NCBI RefSeq assembly: GCF_021869535.1
Contig: NW_026262701.1
Coordinates: 37,386,001-37,450,000, forward strand
Reading direction: 5' to 3'
DNA from: Mytilus californianus
Taxonomy: Eukaryota
Length of the DNA: 64,000 nucleotides
This document shows, one piece after another, positions 59,421 through 64,000 of this stretch. The position numbers were made by a program, and so were the translations under genes. The notes below the pieces were generated by a model. The model saw nothing but the letters and a program-made list of their open reading frames with translations. It was not told the origin of the DNA and ran no database searches. Numbering within the stretch: the stretch's first letter is position 1; each line of letters starts with the position of its first letter.

Positions 59421-60450
59421 AACAAGTGAGGTGAGTTCGTAGACTAGAGGCTTTCAAGAGCCTGTGTCGCTCACCTGTATCACTGTGTTTTTGGAAATCA
59501 TGTAAAATAAGGTTAAAGTCATAATAAATAGTATTAGATACCCTTATAATGATTGAGGTCAAGTTTGGTTTAATTTGGCCCAGTAGTTAAATCAAAAGCA
59601 GGTCATCCTATTTTAGTCTTACAATAGTTACTGAAGACCCCTTATCATTATTAAAATTAGTTTTCAAGTTGTGACCATTTGAAATTGGTTTTTTTACAAT
59701 TTTCCTTTAGACTTCTATAGCATGTATAGTAAACCCACTATGTTCTATTTTTAGCCATGGCGGCCATGTTGGTTTGATGACAGGGTCATCGGATACATTT
59801 TTCAATCAAGATACCCTATTGAAAATTGTGGCTAAGTTTAATTCTATTTGGCACAGTAGATTAAGTGAAGAAGATTTTTGTAAAAGATTACAAAAATTTA
59901 CGAAAAATTGACTATAAAGGGCAATAACTCCTTAAGGGGTCAATTGACAATTTTGGTCATATTGACTTATTTATAGATCGTACTTTGCTGAACATTATTG
60001 CTGTTTACAGTTTATCTCTATCTATAATATTATTTAAGATAATAACCAAAACCTGCAAAATTTCCTTAAAATTACCAATTCAGGGGCAGCAACGGGTTAT
60101 CTGATTTCGTCTGAAAATTTCAGGGCAGATAAATGTAAACCTGATGAACATTTTTACTCAGTCAGATTTGCTCTACCGGTACATGCTTTAGTTTCAGAGA
60201 TATAAGCCAAAAACTGCATTTTACCCCTATGTTTCAATTTTTAGCCATGTTGGTTGGCAGGCAGGGTCATCGGACAAATTATTTAAACTAGATATCCTAA
60301 TGATGATTGTGGCCAAGTTTGGATAAATTTGGCCTAGTAGTTTCAGAGGAGAAGATTTTTGTAAAAGTTAAAGACGTTGACGGACGACGGATGCCAAGTG
60401 ATGAGAAAAGCTCACCTGGCCTTTGGCTTTTTAGGCCAGGTGAGTAAAAA
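59421..60450 (+). mobile_element. Helentron-type non-autonomous element (aacaag...gagctaaaa family)
   Basis: Starts aacaag with gctcacctg; ends with a gacg microsatellite and the hairpin gctcacctggcc...ggccaggtgag; internal long direct repeat (about 59750 and 60240). Confidence 0.68.
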
Positions 60451-60875
60451 ATGGGACGAGTAAGCCTGGGACGATTTAGCAATGGAGCGAGTTTGGTCAG
60501 GGGCGAGTTGTCATTCAGAATGCCTACTTTTGAGACTTCTTCAGCATCTTAGCTAAAGCGCCTTCAATCTTGACAGCTTGCTGGAAACATGCACATGATT
60601 TCATATAATTTCTCTGCCATAGAATTCTAGAAAAGGCCAGTAATTTAAGAGCTTGCTGAGAAATAAGAGTTGACATTTTTATGCTATAAGTTTACATGGG
60701 CGCATCCATCTTGTAGATCCGCACTTAATATAGAAGAACTAAAATCTAAAAATCCAAACTTACATCAAATGAATGATTTGATCAATTAAAACAATCTAAT
60801 GAATTTATTTTATTAACTGGTGTCTTTATTTTTTATATATTAAACCTAATACATTTGAATGTTCCGCAGGGTATA

Positions 60876-60884
60876 ACTTCCGGT
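60876..60884. promoter_or_regulatory. ETS/GABP-like motif about 90 bp upstream of the TCF25 ATG, in the putative RBFA/TCF25 divergent promoter
   Basis: ACTTCCGGT (CCGGAAGT on the minus strand). Motif match only. Confidence 0.4.
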
Positions 60885-60973
60885 TTCTCAACAAATTGTA
60901 AACATTGGCCATGTGGAACTTGACATAAGAGTTCCACGCTTGTCATCTGCGTTATTTGTCCATATTTTTTACC

Positions 60974-61102
60974 ATGTCGTCTAGAGCATTGCGCAAACTT
61001 CATGGTAAACAAGAATTAGAAGTTCCGTCTGTTGATGATGAGTTAGACGAGGAAGAATGTACCGAGAAAACCCAGACTGCTGTTGTAAACCCTTTTGCAC
61101 TG
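60974..61102 (+). CDS. TCF25: Transcription factor 25 / Rqc1 homolog, coding exon 1
   Basis: accATG start; reads MSSRALRKLHGKQELEVPSVDDELDEEECTEKTQTAVVNPFAL, then a GTAAAG donor. Matches the TCF25 N-terminus (MSxRALRxLxG, acidic tract, NxFxL). Confidence 0.82.
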
Positions 61103-61254
61103 GTAAAGCAAAACATAAACATTAAACATATGGAAAATGTCACAAATCAACCGACAGAAAACACTCCGGGGATCGTACACTCTAACAAGTTTTAAATGCA
61201 GATTTATCTTTACAGAATTCAAATAAATTTATTTTTCATCTCTTTGGGGCAGGC

Positions 61255-62348
61255 GGTATCGGGTCCGTTCGCGCCCAATACACGTTCGCACCCTACACGT
61301 TCGCACCCCACACGTTCGCCCCCTAGGTCCGTTCGCGCCCTACACGTTCGCACCCTTTTTTTTTTAATTCATAAACCTGATAAATTTTTAGATGTTTTGT
61401 AGATGTTTATAACAAAATATTTTTATTTTCATAAGTAAAAATTCGGGAATTTTTAAATGAAATATTGTTTTAATTATTAAATGTTAATTATGTATGATTA
61501 CTTCTTATTGGTATTTATACACAGCCTAATTTGGTGTTATTGTTGAGTGTTTAAAAATCATGATTGTTGTCATGGTTGTTTTAACTTGCTTTGATGTAAA
61601 TACTGCATGTATTTAGCTTGGTATGAGTAAAACTTTGAAGATTTTAAATAAAAAACATGAAGATAATTGTTTTTAACAGCTTGGCTCCTTTGATCTCATG
61701 TGTGTCAGAATCTCACTTTATTCATAAACAATGAAAAAACATATTTATAGCAATACACTATCCAAAACGTGATTACGAATTATTCAACACATAAAAAAAA
61801 CGTTGTCAGAACCCTATGGCAATTCCTTTTGAAACAATAAAAAAGAAATATTTATAGCATAAGCAATACACTAACCAAAACATGATTTAGATTTTATCAA
61901 CACCTAAAAAAACGTTGTCAGAATCTCACTTTATTTAGAAACAATGAAATTTTTTTTTATATATATATATAGAGCTGCTCAGCAATACACTTACCTTAAC
62001 ATGATTAAAAATTATTCAACACAACACAAAAATAAAATACTGGTCGTCAGTATCTCACTTTATTTAAAAACAATGAAAAAAAAAATGTTTATAGCAATAC
62101 ATTTACCATGACAAAAAAAAAACCTTGTCAGAATCTCACTTTATTTAGAAACAATGAAAAAATATATATTTATAGCAATACTCTTACCAAAACTCGTTTA
62201 CAAATTATTAAACACAAAACAAATAAAAATTGGGCGCGAACGTGTAGGGTGCGAACGGACTTTGGGTGCGAACGTGTAGGGTGCGAAAGTGAAAGGGGGC
62301 GAACGTGCATGGGGGCGAACGTGATTGGGCGCGAACGGACCCGGATTC
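61255..62348. mobile_element. Mutator-like MITE of the same family as 7601-8449, in TCF25 intron 1, with internal ~120-bp tandem units
   Basis: Termini ggtatcgggtccgttcgcgccc and gggcgcgaacggacccggattc. Perfect 9-bp TSD GGGGCAGGC at 61246-61254 and 62349-62357. Confidence 0.9.
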
Positions 62349-63265
62349 GGGGCAGGCCTAGTCTAAGGTGGGTCTCATTGGGGTCTAAGCATGACGCGGT
62401 ATTGGTCGATTTTTTTAAGCGTGATGTATGAAAGTCAAATTATTTTATGTGAAATTTGGAAACGAAGTCCAGCGGGACACGGGAAATTACATGAATTACA
62501 AGCGCTATTATGGCAACGATAAGCGGGATACAGCTAGGATTCTGACAAAACAATAAGTGGGATCCGGGATCAGACCCCCCCCGCCAATGAGACTCCCTTT
62601 AAGTAGTTGATCGTAATTATGACGTCTTGAAAGGCTATTTTAATTTTTTTGCTGTGACCACTTCCAACGACCAAATCATTACCATGTCTTGTATAGTACA
62701 AAAACAGAAGAAAAAGAAATTACATTGAAATTTTTATTTTGTATATAATTCACTGTAAATAGAAATTAGATCCCACGAACGCACAGCATAGTAAAATCAG
62801 TTATCATCAGTATGTTGATGGAGTGCTGAATTATAAAGAAGAGATGTCTTGAAAGCCTATTTTAATTTTTTTGCTATGATGCTTTCCTATGATGTCAAAA
62901 TGCTGAAGCCAGAGAATTTGTGAGAGAAATTTTCGGTAGAACTTGGAGACCCACTTTTGCCATGAAATCTTAATTGACGGCTAGAAATTTTTGCATATAT
63001 ACTAATTCTTACCTTTAGTGTGCCTGTTGGTGCAAAATATTTCCAGAAATATCCAAAAGTAATGATAGAATAAGTTACGATTTCCTTTAAGATGTGCAAT
63101 GACCTACTTCGTTTTTACAATGGTTTCCCTGATTTATCAATATCCTTCACTTTTGGAGAGTATAAAATACCAAACTCTATTTAATTTGATAGATTACTGG
63201 ATAATATAAATCGAACATTACGATAAAAAATAAAAAGTTAAACTTTATAAACTAAAGTGTGGAGA

Positions 63266-64000
63266 TTTTTATACGACCGCAAAAAAATTTTTGTGGTCGT
63301 ATATTGGTATGACGTTGGCGTCGTCGTCGTCGTCCGGCGTCGTCGTCCGAATACACATTAGTTTTCGCACTCTAACTTTAGTTTAAGTGAATGGATCTCA
63401 ATGAAATTTTACCATAAGGTTCAATATCACAAAAGGAAGGTGGGGATAGATTTTGGGGGTTATGGTACTAACAGTTAAGGAATTAGGGGCCAAAAAGGGG
63501 CCAAAAATAAGCATTTTTGTAACTTCCAGACATAACTTGTGTGTAAGTATATGGATCTCTCTGACATTGTACCACAAGGTTCCATATCACAAAGGGAATG
63601 CTGGGATTAATTTTGGGGGTAATTGCCTCCAAATTTTAGGAATTAGGGGCCAAAAAGGGGCAAAAAACAAGCATTTTTCTAGTTTCATGACAATAACTTG
63701 TGTGTAAGTGTATGGATCTCTCTGACATTGTATCACAAGGTTCCATATCACAAAGGGAATACTGGGATTGATTTTTGGGGGTAATTTCCTCCAAATTTTG
63801 GGAATTAGGGGCCAAAAAGGGGCAAAAAACAAGCATTTTTCTAGTTTCAGGACAATAACTTGTTTGTAAGTGTATGGATCTTTATGAAATTGTACTGCAA
63901 GGTTCCATATCACAAAGGGAAAGCTGGGTTGGAGTTTGGGGGTAATTGCCCTAAGAGTTTAGGAATTAGGGGCCAAAAAGGGACAAAAAAAACAAGCATT
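63266..64000 (+). mobile_element. Helentron-type non-autonomous element with a ~161-bp tandem core; runs off the window
   Basis: tttttatacgaccgc...ggtcgtata hairpin, (cgt)n microsatellite, and a repeat unit recurring at 63578, 63739 and 63901. Confidence 0.75.

Noticed and set aside
60913-60938. Small hairpin gtggaact...agttccac upstream of TCF25
   Set aside because: An 8-bp stem is within chance expectation and has no other support.
63453-63913. Repetitive ORFs at both window ends (also 690-893 and 1491-2015)
   Set aside because: They are translations of the non-coding tandem cores of Helentron-type elements.

Overview
AT-rich, intron-containing eukaryotic genomic DNA. The repeat families look like those I recall from marine mussels (Mytilus-type bivalve), which is inference and needs a database check. 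Five host genes are supported by spliced translation. NUTF2 (exons 1-2, minus strand) lies head-to-head with a complete 13-coding-exon CENPT (plus strand, about 1047 aa). An FkbM-family methyltransferase exon lies on the minus strand. Mitochondrial RBFA (minus strand, 5' exons unresolved) lies head-to-head with TCF25 exon 1 (plus strand). Introns and intergenic DNA are dense with mobile elements: a 5'-truncated Penelope-like RT element with an open ORF, an internally deleted BEL/Pao LTR element, many MITEs with identifiable TIRs and TSDs, Helentron-type non-autonomous elements with about 160-170 bp tandem cores, a four-level nested insertion that includes a CAC...GTG element with a 5-bp TSD (Transib/RAG-like), decayed hammerhead-ribozyme relics, a 51-bp tandem array of about 22 copies, and a ~3.9-kb tandem duplication of the RBFA 3' end. 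The most interesting candidate is the CENP-T protein. It appears to carry three Ndc80-type TPR-helix motifs, a duplicated exon pair with a Mis12C-like motif, and a giant exon made of repeated CDK-type sites. No CRISPR, rRNA or bona fide tRNA gene was found.
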